A DNA stretch of 63,987 nucleotides, the filler included, from Octopus bimaculoides (Eukaryota): the NCBI RefSeq assembly GCF_001194135.2. It is 9 parts of 9 records of this genome, joined end to end, with 100 filler letters (N's around TTAATTAATTAA, not from the genome) between each part and the next. Parts side by side here need not be neighbours in the genome. Positions count along the whole stretch, not along the records: positions 1 to 28,807 come from NC_068989.1; 8 more parts are not named here. The stretch is one strand, 5' to 3'. The position numbers and the translations under genes were made by a program. Below the pieces are notes generated by a model. The model was not told the origin of the DNA, made no database searches, and worked only from the letters and a program-made list of their open reading frames with translations. This document shows, in pieces, positions 11,630-25,141 of this stretch (its first letter is position 1; every line of letters begins with the position of its first letter).

Positions 11630-12560
11630 TATTACATCGTTCTATAACACCAGAGACGATGGTTGCCCTTTCTCTATACATTGCCGGAAACTCTTTGTAC
11701 GTGTTCGAGCGGAATTGAGAATGTGCTAATGAAGCTTTGACATTGCACAGGAAGGCTTTTGTTTTACAGTTTGTAGGTTATACTGCTCCGTTTTTAGAGC
11801 TTTGGAAGTATTTTCTGCTTCAGATTTATGAAGCTTCAGTTAGTGATATTGTACGGGAAGGCTATCTTTTAGAGTTCATTGGTCGCCTTCATGGCACGTT
11901 GGTTTGTAGTTGAATGGGCGTTTTGTGGATAGTTTTATAGCGTGGCAGTCATGTTTGTATAGGCCGCTTTTAATTTCCCTTGTTTTTAACTGAACGCGTT
12001 CATGTGCGCGTATTTGAATGTGTACGTGTGTTTATGTGTGTGTGTGTGCACGCACGCGCGTGTGTTTGTGTGTGAGTTTGTCCACTGACCCTAAGATTCG
12101 ATTTCTGTAAACGTTAATGTGTAGATGGCGTTAGTATTCTAGTAGCGTTGGCACTCTCGAGTGTTTATCATCCGTATTGCTATTACTACATTATTGTCTA
12201 TACCCTTTGTAGTTCAGACCATTTTCGAAACTGACTTTATTTAGGTGTTAGCAGCATAATATAATCTCACTTATTTCTCTTGTTAAGGAGAAGTGATTAT
12301 ATTGCATTTTTATGCATGTATGTACAGGGTTACATAAGCTATCATTTCCCATTTGTGTTCGTGTTTATGTTCTTCAGTTCTCATATATATTTGTTCGGAG
12401 GTGTGCGCACCCGATATTAAATAGATAAAAAAATCATCAGATAATTATGGCATCTACGAGCCATTAAAGAACTAATTGTAGACACAGTAGCCAACATACG
12501 CTTTTTTATGTTGCGGTTCTGTTCCCACCATTCCTTTGGCCTCCATTCAGTAGCCACGGT

Positions 12561-12960
12561 TGGTTGGTTGGTTGGTTGGTTGGCACTCCGTCGGTTACGA
12601 CGACGAGGGTTCCAGTTGATCTGATCAACAGAACAGCCTGCCAGTGAAATTAACGTGCATGTAGCTGAGCACTCCACAGACACGTGTACCCTTAACATAG
12701 TTCCTGGGGAGATTCAGCGTGGCACAGAGTGTGACAAGGCTGGCCCTTTGAAATACAGGTACAACAGAAACAGGAAGAAAGAGTGAGAGAAATTTGTGGT
12801 GAAAGAGTACAGCAGGGTTCGCCACCATCCCCTGCCGGAGCCTCGAGGAACTTTAGGTGTTTTCGCTCAATAAACGCTCACAATGCCCGTTCTGGGGATC
12901 GAAACCGCGAACCTACGACTGCGAGTCCGCTTCTCTAACCACTGGGCCATTGCGCATCCA
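12561..12960 (-). mobile_element. Full-length tRNA-derived SINE, family C, with 13-bp TSD
   Basis: Exact TSD CAGTAGCCACGGT at 12548-12560 and 12961-12973; head GGATGCGCAATGGCCCAGTGGTTAG..GGTTTCGATCCC; (AACC)n tail. Confidence 0.9.
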
Positions 12961-14029
12961 CAGTAGCCACGGTAGTAAAGAGAAATATACCTTTTACCAT
13001 TTGCGTGGCAACGTATATACAAATATATAAAAGAAAATGTCCCACGCTAGTACTCTGTGGTTCAGAATGATGTTCAGCAAATTTCCGGTTTGTGGTGTTC
13101 TTTGCGTCTACTGATATACACCTACAGATATATTTGCGTTTTTTTCCTCTGCGCTTATAAACATAGACAGCGGGTTGCATGGTCTTGGTTGTTCAATCTT
13201 GCTCAGCTGTGCTATTCCAGACAGATATTGGACATCTCCGTCTTTCTGTTTAAAATATATGTATATCGATTTCGTAAATTTAACAAAGTAATGCCAGTTA
13301 TGTAAAGGGGAGAAGTACCACGTGTTAAGTGAACTCACATATATTCAAGCCGACAAGTTGTTTTGCATGTAGTCACTTAACCTTCTAAAAATAACATCCA
13401 AATTTCCCTTAAATGACATCAGACCACTTTAAAAAGACGACATCTGCACGAAAACTTCACTGGATAATCTATTATTAGACGCATTGTTTGAAATTGGTGG
13501 GGTGATGCCGGATGGAAGGATTTGAAAAATAGGACTGCACCAGTCTGACCACTTTCAGAATGGGACCGTTAAGGTCATTAATACTAGCCCTTTTCCCTTG
13601 TATATTTCATAAATACATACACTTGTAGCTTTTTAAGATAAACTTGACCAGTCTTGGAAAGACACGGTGGTCATAGTTCGATGCTTTTGAACACATTTCT
13701 TCTTCATCAAAGTGTACGTGTAGCTAAACATTGAAAACGACCAACAAATATTTTAAACAGGAAGAGGGAGATAATGTCAAAGTGCTGCCATGAGAATAAG
13801 TTTTTTTAATTCTAACATAGCAGACCAATAAAGCAGAACTGAGTTAGCGGAAATTTTGCACCGTGCTACCAGAGTCGTTGAACATCAATGCCATACAATC
13901 AAACAAGGCAAACTACTCTCTCAGACAAATTTCTAGATTTATATCGATTAAACTTAAATATACAAAACTTCAATATACAAGATATATATGCCTACATAAG
14001 TGGTTATACATTTATAAGATATATATGCA

Positions 14030-14030
14030 T

Positions 14031-14090
<60 letters not shown>

Positions 14091-14091
14091 T
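14030..14091. repeat. (GATA)n microsatellite
   Basis: Direct reading. Confidence 0.95.
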
Positions 14092-14155
14092 CAAATCAAA
14101 TAAACAAACAGTTCAAATAAACGGATAAAAGACGACAAAAAGAAAACAACGAACG

Positions 14156-14207
14156 GACGCTCGGTGAAAGAAGAGAATTTAACGTTTCGAGCACAGCTCT
14201 TCGTTGG
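14156..14207 (-). ncRNA. Degenerate Penelope-type minimal hammerhead-like motif
   Basis: Minus strand CCAACGA-A-GAGC-tgt-GCTC-GAAACG ... CGTC; the first box differs from CUGANGA at two conserved positions. Confidence 0.4.
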
Positions 14208-14421
14208 AAAGGTGAAAGGGAAAAGTCTAAAGAAGACGCAGAAAAAGAAATCGCCAACAGCCCACGTGTAGTCACATTCGTGGCACTTACGTACGTGTGA
14301 GCGTGCCGGTGTATAGGCAGGAACGCTTATATATGTATGCATATGCACCTACATATACCGGCACACACACAAATACATATATACATACGTACATTCATAC
14401 ATACATACATACATACATATA

Positions 14422-14458
<37 letters not shown>

Positions 14459-14799
14459 NNNNNNNNNNNNNNNNNNNNNNNNNNNNNNNNNNNNNNNNNN
14501 NNNNNNNNNNNNNNNNNNNNNNNNNNNNNNNNNNNNNNNNNNNNNNNNNNNNNNNNNNNNNNNNNNNNNNNNNNNNNNNNNNNNNNNNNNNNNNNNNNNN
14601 NNNNNNNNNNNNNNNNNNNNNNNNNNNNNNNNNNNNNNNNNNNNNNNNNNNNNNNNNNNNNNNNNNNNNNNNNNNNNNNNNNNNNNNNNNNNNNNNNNNN
14701 NNNNNNNNNNNNNNNNNNNNNNNNNNNNNNNNNNNNNNNNNNNNNNNNNNNNNNNNNNNNNNNNNNNNNNNGTGTAGAAAACAAATAGATGTATTAGTA

Positions 14800-14854
14800 T
14801 AACACTCGGGAATTGAAAAAGTCTTTAACGTTTCGAGCCTACGCTCTTCAACAG
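14800..14854 (-). ncRNA. Penelope-type minimal hammerhead-like motif
   Basis: Minus strand CTGTTGA-A-GAGC-gtag-GCTC-GAAACG ... TGTT (GUH site with a G:U pair). Confidence 0.45.
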
Positions 14855-15035
14855 AAAGGAACACAGAAAGAAACAAGGAGAGAAACAAGGAGAGAAACAA
14901 GGAGAGAAAAAAATGTTTGTAGTGGTCAGCGATCTATCATGGCACATCTTAAGGAAAGTATTATCTAAATATTACTTGTTGTGACTTGACTCAAGATTTT
15001 TACCGACACTGTGTTACAAAGGAATAATAATAATG

Positions 15036-15090
<55 letters not shown>

Positions 15091-15112
15091 TAATAATAAC
15101 AGCAACAACAAC

Positions 15113-16074
15113 AACAAGAGCACTTAGAGAGCGCAAACCTCCGTCAAAGCGACACCAATGTCCTCTCAACGATTGGCCGGAGATAATTTTTAAAATGAGA
15201 ATATCTGAAATAAACTCGACTGCTCTCACAAACGAGAATACTAAAAATGAACCCGACCGCTCTCAAAGTTTAAGTAAAAGAACCGGAAAATAATCCAAAA
15301 TTCTTGTCCGGCACCTGATCGATCCCAATGGTAATCAGGGAATGTGAAGGTGGCTGTAGAAAATTTACTAACAGTAATAGTTTATCCTTATCTAATACAA
15401 GCCAAAGTTAACAAATTCACCATCCGAATTAATTTCAAAGGCGGAGGTAATAATAATAAGTTCTACTCAGGAATTTTTAATTGAATAGCATGAGACTTTT
15501 TGGTTCTCTCTTCTCTTAAATTCTGGCCTTCCTTTAGTATTCCTGTTTTTTATAATCGATGTATAGATGTATGTATATATATATATATATCAGTATACTG
15601 TAAAGTGTTAATATGTATGTATACTATATATGTATATTATAAAAATATGTTAGTGTTATTTAATTTCTGAACGATTTGCTGCTGTTTGTTTCTGTAGTTT
15701 GATTTCTTTATCCATCAGTTTCTACAAAGATAGAGACGGGAGTAAAATTAATAATAGAGAAACGAAAATAAAACTTTGGAAACAGCAACGCCGCCATAAT
15801 TTACGTGGAAACCATGAGCGTACTTTCAAGGGAGATAATCAAAGATCGTAATACTTCATGTAAAGTAAATATAACAAACAATCCAGAATCCTTGTCTGGT
15901 ACCGGATCAATCCCAAAATCTAATCAGTTCGTGCCAGTCACGAGGCCAGACATCCCTGAAAGTTTCATCCGAATCCATCCAGCAGTTCTTGAGATATCTT
16001 ATCCACGGATACACAAACAAACAAACAAACACGACTGAAAACAATACCTCCGCCTTCGCCAAGGCGAAAGTAAT
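15113..16074 (+). mobile_element. Non-autonomous Helentron-type (HINE/DINE-like) element
   Basis: Starts AACAAGAG with subterminal ACCTCCG. The 3' part has an (ACAA)n microsatellite, then ACCTCCGCC-ttcgccaa-GGCGAAAGT, a decayed terminal hairpin. It follows a (TAA/CAA)n tract. Confidence 0.55.
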
Positions 16075-16189
16075 GATAGGCGATATAAATCTTAGTTATT
16101 TGGTTTATTCCTTCAGTCACGCTTTATATTGTACAGAGAAACTGAGGGAAGAGAGAGCAAAAGACAAATAAAAAGAGTGAGGAATGAAT

Positions 16190-16697
16190 GTAAATATGGG
16201 GAAAGGCCGAGTAAATGACAGGGTAATTAAGGGAGGAGTTATACCACCATCGTTGTCACTATCGCTGGTGAGATGGTGGGACAAGATACTCAAAGGACGC
16301 TTAGCAGAGAGCTCCATACCCCTAACCTTGTACTCTCACCATATCGATGATATCAATATAGTAGCAAATGCATCTCAACGAGACAATATCTACAAACGAG
16401 AAGCTAGTACCATGGAAAGCATCCAGCAAATAGCTAACTCCAACCACAAGAGTATTACAGTAATAGTAGACTCCACTAGTAAGCACCCTAACTACAGACC
16501 ACCTGTTTTAGTTACTGAACTCTGGTTGGAAGCTAGAAATAATAAGGTCCAAATCCTTCATTCGCCCTATGCCAAACCCTTAGCCTCCAAATACCTGGCC
16601 CACCGGAATGCAGCAGTTACAGATAACACCAAGTTGAATATCCTAATAGCGACCTTGATAAGGGTAATGAGAAACGTGTCCCGCATATGCGACCATC
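16190..16697 (+). mobile_element. Penelope-like element RT fragment
   Basis: ORF 16184-16729 contains PPSLSLSLVRWWDK (motif B'), LYSHHIDDINI (YxDD motif C), PPVLVTELW (LPFLD-like) and YAKPLASKYL (YxKP), in the order seen in PLE RT. Confidence 0.7.
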
Positions 16698-16805
16698 CTT
16701 CCGAGCACTGCTGTAAACAGCGGAAGTGAGCTAGGACGTTAAAACTTAATGCGCATGCAGAGCAGAGTTCAATGTCAATCGGATCTTTTTTAAAACGGGG
16801 GCCAC
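16691..16805 (-). mobile_element. Fragment of the mariner 5' end (same family as 7461-8387) abutting the PLE fragment
   Basis: Matches the reverse complement of ~7545-7625 and 8240-8310. Confidence 0.7.
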
Positions 16806-17802
16806 ATTTTTCATTAATGTTTTACGTAGTGTTTTTGGTACCGAAAGACTTTCAAACTTCGTATACTTATCTATTTTGTGTTATAGAACAGAAAAATATT
16901 TTTGTATTCGAATTTATTTCATGTAAAAAATTGTCTTATTTCGATAATTTCAACCAATCACTGACAAGTATTCAGTTGTTTACATTTACTCCTTTGGCTG
17001 ATTAAGTCATAGCTTCGTTTTATTTGCTTTTTTCATTTTNNNNNNNNNNNNNNNNNNNNNNNNNNNNNNNNNNNNNNNNNNNNNNNNNNNNNNNNNNNNN
17101 NNNNNNNNNNNNNNNNNNNNNNNNNNNNNNNNNNNNNNNNNNNNNNNNNNNNNNNNNNNNNNNNNNNNNNNNNNNNNNNNNNNNNNNNNNNNNNNNNNNN
17201 NNNNNNNNNNNNNNNNNNNNNNNNNNNNNNNNNNNNNNNNNNNNNNNNNNNNNNNNNNNNNNNNNNNNNNNNNNNNNNNNNNNNNNNNNNNNNNNNNNNN
17301 NNNNNNNNNNNNNNNNNNNNNNNNNNNNNNNNNNNNNNNNNNNNNNNNNNNNNNNNNNNNNNNNNNNNNNNNNNNNNNNNNNNNNNNNNNNNNNNNNNNN
17401 NNNNNNNNNNNNNNNNNNNNNNNNNNNNNNNNNNNNNNNNNNNNNNNNNNNNNNNNNNNNNNNNNNNNNNNNNNNNNNNNNNNNNNNNNNNNNNNNNNNN
17501 NNNNNNNNNNNNNNNNNNNNNNNNNNNNNNNNNNNNNNNNNNNNNNNNNNNNNNNNNNNNNNNNNNNNNNNNNNNNNNNNNNNNNNNNNNNNNNNNNNNN
17601 NNNNNNNNNNNNNNNNNNNNNNNNNNNNNNNNNNNNNNNNNNNNNNNNNNNNNNNNNNNNNCCTAGACATAGACATACGCATATTTACACACACACACAC
17701 ACACACAGTCTCACACACATGCACACACACCAAAGCACACTCCATCACACAGAAACACATATATACGAATGTATAGGGAAATAAAAAGGATGGAAGTTTC
17801 AT

Positions 17803-17931
17803 TGAAGAAGAAGAAGAAGAAGAAGAAGAAGAAGAAGAAGAAGAAGAAGAAGAAGAAGAAGAAGAAGAAGAAGAAGAAGAAGAAGAAGAAGAAGAAGAAG
17901 AAGAACAAGAAGAAGAAGAAGAAGAAGAAGA
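17803..17931. repeat. (GAA)n microsatellite
   Basis: Direct reading. Confidence 0.95.
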
Positions 17932-18184
17932 GTTTTATTGATAGTGAAGAAGAACTAGAACAAAACTATGACGGCGTTGACGACGATGACGACGATGACG
18001 ACAACGTGGTCTTTATACAAAATGTCTATTGTAACCCAGCTGACAAGTGTAGATATATATAGTGTTTCCATTGTATAACTTCATTGAGTCGTCCTTTCGT
18101 AAGCGGTACAAATATGTCTACGTGACTTCCTAGCTCCATAGCTTGCAGATGACCATATGTACCAGTCAATGCTCTCACTTACTA

Positions 18185-18610
18185 GTTCTCCCACCTCTCT
18201 CTCTCTCTCTTCCTCTCTCTCTCTCTATCTTTTTTCTCTCTCACTCTCTTCCTCTCTCTCTCTCTCTCTCTTTTTTCTCTCTCACTCTCTTCCTCTCGTT
18301 CGTCACGCTCTTTATCGATAAATATCTCGTTCGCCCCTTTTCACATCCTCTTTCATTCTTAAACTCCAATACTTTTCTTTTCCTCTCTCTCTATTTTCAC
18401 TATCCGTTTCAGAATTAGTTCATGCGACCTCCTCTTTGACCTTCATTCTTCACTGTTACTCACTCGTTCCTCTTTCTCTCTTTCGCTCACTCGCTTCCCC
18501 CCCCTCTCTCTCTCTCTGTCTCACTGTCTATCCCGCTTTTCCCCTTCTCCCACCCTCTCTCTGTACACAAAGACATACACACACACTTTCTCTCTCTCTC
18601 TCACACACAC
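18185..18610. repeat. Pyrimidine-rich (CT)n-like low-complexity tract
   Basis: Direct reading. Confidence 0.85.
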
Positions 18611-18999
18611 GATTTTACATACTAACATACATACACATACATACATACCTTGAAGTGTTTAGTCAAACAAATCGACCCCAAGACTTATTTTTAGCCTTGT
18701 ACTTGTTCCATCACGCTCTTCTACAGAAAAACTGCTAGGTAACGGAGACGAAAGTGTAAGTCAGTTGAATTTCAACCGAGACTCGAACTCGGATTGCTGT
18801 ATTCAAAATCCCGAGTGCACGCCATTACACAACAGAGTCACTATGTAATTATGCGTGCGTATATGTGTCTGATATTTGTTATTGATCTTCTATAATAATG
18901 AAGCTGTATCCCTTAATAACGACCAGATATTTTACACAACAGACGTTGTTCTAACGAAGTACATCCTGTAATCACCTGAAGAGACACATCTACACCGAC

Positions 19000-19038
<39 letters not shown>

Positions 19039-20067
19039 NNNNNNNNNNNNNNNNNNNNNNNNNNNNNNNNNNNNNNNNNNNNNNNNNNNNNNNNNNNNNN
19101 NNNNNNNNNNNNNNNNNNNNNNNNNNNNNNNNNNNNNNNNNNNNNNNNNNNNNNNNNNNNNNNNNNNNNNNNNNNNNNNNNNNNNNNNNNNNNNNNNNNN
19201 NNNNNNNNNNNNNNNNNNNNNNNNNNNNNNNNNNNNNNNNNNNNNNNNNNNNNNNNNNNNNNNNNNNNNNNNNNNNNNNNNNNNNNNNNNNNNNNNNNNN
19301 NNNNNNNNNNNNNNNNNNNNNNNNNNNNNNNNNNNNNNNNNNNNNNNNNNNNNNNNNNNNNNNNNNNNNNNNNNNNNNNNNNNNNNNNNNNNNNNNNNNN
19401 NNNNNNNNNNNNNNNNNNNNNNNNNNNNNNNNNNNNNNNNNNNNNNNNNNNNNNNNNNNNNNNNNNNNNNNNNNNNNNNNNNNNNNNNNNNNNNNNNNNN
19501 NNNNNNNNNNNNNNNNNNNNNNNNNNNNNNNNNNNNNNNNNNNNNNNNNNNNNNNNNNNNNNNNNNNNNNNNNNNNNNNNNNNNNNNNNNNNNNNNNNNN
19601 NNNNNNNNNNNNNNNNNNNNNNNNNNNNNNNNNNNNNNNNNNNNNNNNNNNNNNNNNNNNNNNNNNNNNNNNNNNNNNNNNNNNNNNNNNNNNNNNNNNN
19701 NNNNNNNNNNNNNNNNNNNNNNNNNNNNNNNNNNNNNNNNNNNNNNNNNNNNNNNNNNNNNNNNNNNNNNNNNNNNNNNNNNNNNNNNNNNNNNNNNNNN
19801 NNNNNNNNNNNNNNNNNNNNNNNNNNNNNNNNNNNNNNNNNNNNNNNNNNNNNNNNNNNNNNNNNNNNNNNNNNNNNNNNNNNNNNNNNNNNNNNNNNNN
19901 NNNNNNNNNNNNNNNNNNNNNNNNNNNNNNNNNNNNNNNNNNNNNNNNNNNNNNNNGTGTGTGTGTGTGTGTGTGTGCGCGTGCGCGTGTGTGTGTCGGC
20001 TTGCGTAACATTTATGAGGTAAATACAAACCTATAGTAGAACTAGCCATAATATTTTCTCCCAGAAA

Positions 20068-20285
20068 GGCGGCATATTGGCAGAAACATTAGAACGCCGG
20101 GCGAAATGCTTAGCGGTATTTCGTCTGTCTTTACGTTCTGAGTTCAAATTCCGCCGAGGTTGACTTTGCCTTTCATTCTTTCGGGATTGATAAATTAAGT
20201 ACGAGTTGATTACTGAGGTCGATCTAATCGACTGGCCTCGTCCCCAAAAATTTCGTGCCTTGTTCCTAGTGTAGAAAAGAATATT
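20068..20285 (+). mobile_element. SINE family A
   Basis: Colinear with 54905-55122. Confidence 0.85.
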
Positions 20286-22244
20286 TTCTCTCAGAGAAAC
20301 TTCTCCACATGACTTTAGAATACAGGGCTTCGCACAGAACGTTTGTGAGGTGACGAAAAACGTATAAATCAAGTAGTCTGTCACAGAAAACGTACGTGAG
20401 TGTTGTGGAATCTGAAACTCTGGTCCAAGTTTTGGTAACTAGATTCATAATGAAAATCTTATGTTTGTCCAGTAATTGGCCTTTCTTCTAAACGTGCTTC
20501 AGACGACGAGCATTCCAGCACCTTATTATAAACAGGGCAATATAGGAGCAGAAAAAAAAGACAATAAAAAGAGCTACATAGTTACACCGAAAACATCTGG
20601 AAAATCGGGTTTTTGGTGGACTCCAAACGTCTCCATACTGCATTTCATTTGCTAGTCTTTGTCTGCAACGCAAAACATTTCCCCCCGGAACCATTTTTGT
20701 ATGTGTCTTTAGATTTTTGGTTAGATCCTCTTCTGAGATGGAGTTCAACAATTCACTCCCACCCCCCAGTTCTTTGTATTTTTTTTTTTCTCTCTTCTTT
20801 TTTTATTTCCTTTTTTTTTGTCTGTTGTTTTTGTTTACTTCATCAACTCACAGTTTTCAGTTCGTAGAACACAGTAATTGAGGAATTGGTCTGTGTGGCA
20901 AGAACAAACATGGCACATTGGGATTAAATAGCGTGTTGTAAAAATAAAGAACCGAATATTGTAGTTGCATAAAATTTTTAAATCAAATTTACCAACAAAA
21001 CCAACAATTGTATGAACAACCCCAATGACAACAACAGCACAGCAACAGCAGTAGCAGCAGCAACAACAACAAAAACAAGGACAGGAATAATAGTAATAAC
21101 AACAGCAACAACAACAACAACACGGTTTCTTTCCTCTGCATACTGCATATCACACTGTTATACGATAACTGTATAGAGTCTAGACCAATTTTACGGTTCG
21201 ATGCTGTTCACTCCCGACACAGATAAACACATGCACTCTCACACTCACTCACTCACTCACTCGCACTCACTCGGTTTTTCGATTCTGTCTTTCTCTCCGC
21301 TTCTCTCTCTGTTTCTCTGATTCTCTGATTNNNNNNNNNNNNNNNNNNNNNNNNNNNNNNNNNNNNNNNNNNNNNNNNNNNNNNNNNNNNNNNNNNNNNN
21401 NNNNNNNNNNNNNNNNNNNNNNNNNNNNNNNNNNNNNNNNNNNNNNNNNNNNNNNNNNNNNNNNNNNNNNNNNNNNNNNNNNNNNNNNNNNNNNNNNNNN
21501 NNNNNNNNNNNNNNNNNNNNNNNNNNNNNNNNNNNNNNNNNNNNNNNNNNNNNNNNNNNNNNNNNNNNNNNNNNNNNNNNNNNNNNNNNNNNNNNNNNNN
21601 NNNNNNNNNNNNNNNNNNNNNNNNNNNNNNNNNNNNNNNNNNNNNNNNNNNNNNNNNNNNNNNNNNNNNNNNNNNNNNNNNNNNNNNNNNNNNNNNNNNN
21701 NNNNNNNNNNNNNNNNNNNNNNNNNNNNNNNNNNNNNNNNNNNNNNNNNNNNNNNNNNNNNNNNNNNNNNNNNNNNNNNNNNNNNNNNNNNNNNNNNNNN
21801 NNNNNNNNNNNNNNNNNNNNNNNNNNNNNNNNNNNNNNNNNNNNNNNNNNNNNNNNNNNNNNNNNNNNNNNNNNNNNNNNNNNNNNNNNNNNNNNNNNNN
21901 NNNNNNNNNNNNNNNNNNNNNNNNNNNNNNNNNNNNNNNNNNNNNNNNNNNNNNNNNNNNNNNNNNNNNNNNNNNNNNNNNNNNNNNNNNNNNNNNNNNN
22001 NNNNNNNNNNNNNNNNNNNNNNNNNNNNNNNNNNNNNNNNNNNNNNNNNNNNNNNNNNNNNNNNNNNNNNNNNNNNNNNNNNNNNNNNNNNNNNNNNNNN
22101 NNNNNNNNNNNNNNNNNNNNNNNNNNNNNNNNNNNNNNNNNNNNNNNNNNNNNNNNNNNNNNNNNNNNNNNNNNNNNNNNNNNNNNNNNNNNNNNNNNNN
22201 NNNNNNNNNNNNNNNNNNNNNNNNNNNNNNNNNNNNNNNNNNNC

Positions 22245-22410
22245 ACGACAGGCTTCTTTCAGTTTCTGTCTACAAAATCCACTCACAAGACTTTGATCGG
22301 CCCGAGGCTAGAGTAGAAGGCACTTGCCCAAGGTGCCACGTAGTGGGACTGAACCCGGAACCATGTGGTTGGTAAGCAAGCTACTTACGACACAGCCACT
22401 CCTGCGCCTA
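22245..22410 (-). mobile_element. SINE family B, 5' half (the rest lies in a gap)
   Basis: Head TAGGCGCAGGAGTGGCTGTGTCGTAAG..GGTTCAGTCCC. Confidence 0.85.
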
Positions 22411-23329
22411 TAATGTAACGTTTATTTAACTGTTACGAGGTTTATCACAGCTGCAAGGAGTTGGAGTAAACACAATATATTAGTCTGTTAGAAAACCTCT
22501 TGTGATTGCAGTTATAAAAGGCTTACTGTTAAATAATGTAGGAAGAGAAAGATGTTGAATTAGGGCTCGTACGAGGTTTGCCATTGCTGACAAGTTAATG
22601 GGTAATGGTAGCTGGTAGACGGAAAAGAAGAAAGAGAGGTTAACTCTTTAACTCTTATCGAGTAAAGATAATGTTTGGTTACGAGGTCTTATATTTTTAC
22701 CTGTCCTACTACCGAACTGAATCAGTATAACAATGGACATTTGGAGAATTATTTGGACTGAACTCAGCTTCACATAAGATGTTTGCGACTTTAACAAATG
22801 ACACACTTAAATTCTGAGAGCGAAACCGGGGAACAATGGAAAGAAGAATGAGGAAACATTGCGATTGAATTTTTGATACCTAATTCCGAATACAGTGTCT
22901 GCTCGCTCCACACGCACACACACACACATGTACAGATACACACACACACACATAATATATAAGCGCATGTATGTGTATGCATATATATATGAATATATCT
23001 TCTGTTGGCCTACTTCTTCACCCATTCTACCTTTAAATTTCCCTGCATTATGATTTGAAATATTAGATACTAATATCTCCACCCTGAAGACAGAGGCTGG
23101 ATTTGCTGTAATGATTATATGCATCCACCGCTGGCTGCATATTTTTGACCTTTCGTGAACTGCATCTCCCAAGATTATAACATAATTCTGAGATCCAAGA
23201 AACAGCTGTCGGACCTGAAACACCTTCCCTTAGTTTTCTGTCTTTGTACGGTGTGTAAATCTGCTCTTTTAGTATATATATATCTATATATTTATACATG
23301 AATGTCCATCATCTGAATATCTCCAGTTT

Positions 23330-23360
<31 letters not shown>

Positions 23361-23395
23361 AATCTATCTATCTATTTATCTATCGGCATATATAT

Positions 23396-23809
23396 ACTCT
23401 TTTACTCTTTTACTCTTTTACTTGTTTCAGTCTTTTGACTGTGGCCATGCTGGAGCACCGCCTTTAGTCGAGCAAATCGACCCCAGGACTTATTCTTTAG
23501 AAGCCTAGTACTTATTCTATTGGTCTCTTTTGCCGAACCGCTAAGTTACGGGGACATAAACACACCAGCATCGGTTGTCAAGCGATGTTGGGGGGATAAA
23601 CACAGACACACAAACACATACACACATACATATATATATATACATATATACGACGGGCTTCTTTCAGTTTCCGTCTACCAAATCCACTCACAAGGCTTTG
23701 GTCGGCCCGAGGCTATAGTAGAAGACACTTGCCCAAGATGCCACGCAGTGGGACTGAACCCGGGACCATGTGGTTGGTAAGCAAACTACTTACCACACAG
23801 CCACTCCTA
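23396..23809 (-). mobile_element. SINE family B, near full length
   Basis: Colinear with 3474-3868 and 63520-63945. Confidence 0.9.
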
Positions 23810-23869
23810 TATGTGTATGTATATTTTATATATCTAGCCCAAACTGTTTTATTTGTTTATTTGCATTAT

Positions 23870-23953
<84 letters not shown>

Positions 23954-24334
23954 TATGTATATGCATACATATATAAATACTTATATACATACATACGTAC
24001 AAACTTTCATATATTGAAGATTGTGTTATAGTCTTATGATTTGTGACGTCAGCGATGTTCTGTCTGTTGCCTCGATGAAAGGATAACGAAATTTTAAACT
24101 TTCGTCACGTCTAATATTTAGTTCAGTCTCTCAGTTCAATATTAGTGCGTGGTTTGTTATTTATAGATTTTATGTTACAAGTAGTGAAAAACAATTGCGC
24201 TGTTTTAACACAGACCATTGATTAGGTTACAGCACTCCTGACGGTATCGTAGCGGAGCTGAATCTTCGTTTGGCAAGTGTCACTTTGGTGACGATGTTTC
24301 ATCTTTTCATAATACATACGCAGATACACGTATA

Positions 24335-24377
<43 letters not shown>

Positions 24378-25141
24378 ACACACACACACACACATACACA
24401 CACACACATACACACACACATATGTATGTGTACGTAGGCGTGGCTGTGTGGTNNNNNNNNNNNNNNNNNNNNNNNNNNNNNNNNNNNNNNNNNNNNNNNN
24501 NNNNNNNNNNNNNNNNNNNNNNNNNNNNNNNNNNNNNNNNNNNNNNNNNNNNNNNNNNNNNNNNNNNNNNNNNNNNNNNNNNNNNNNNNNNNNNNNNNNN
24601 NNNNNNNNNNNNNNNNNNNNNNNNNNNNNNNNNNNNNNNNNNNNNNNNNNNNNNNNNNNNNNNNNNNNNNNNNNNNNNNNNNNNNNNNNNNNNNNNNNNN
24701 NNNNNNNNNNNNNNNNNNNNNNNNNNNNNNNNNNNNNNNNNNNNNNNNNNNNNNNNNNNNNNNNNNNNNNNNNNNNNNNNNNNNNNNNNNNNNNNNNNNN
24801 NNNNNNNNNNNNNNNNNNNNNNNNNNNNNNNNNNNNNNNNNNNNNNNNNNNNNNNNNNNNNNNNNNNNNNNNNNNNNNNNNNNNNNNNNNNNNNNNNNNN
24901 NNNNNNNNNNNNNNNNNNNNNNNNNNNNNNNNNNNNNNNNNNNNNNNNNNNNNNNNNNNNNNNNNNNNNNNNNNNNNNNNNNNNNNNNNNNNNNNNNNNN
25001 NNNNNNNNNNNNNNNNNNNNNNNNNNNNNNNNNNNNNNNNNNNNNNNNNNNNNNNNNNNNNNNNNNNNNNNNNNNNNNNNNNNNNNNNNNNNNNNNNNNN
25101 NNNNNNGTGCGTGCGTGCGTGCGTGTGTGTGTTATATTGGT

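Noticed and set aside
11700-11960. Possible Penelope GIY-YIG C-terminal relic (HSTT..PYNIT)
   Set aside because: The similarity is too weak and broken to support by eye.
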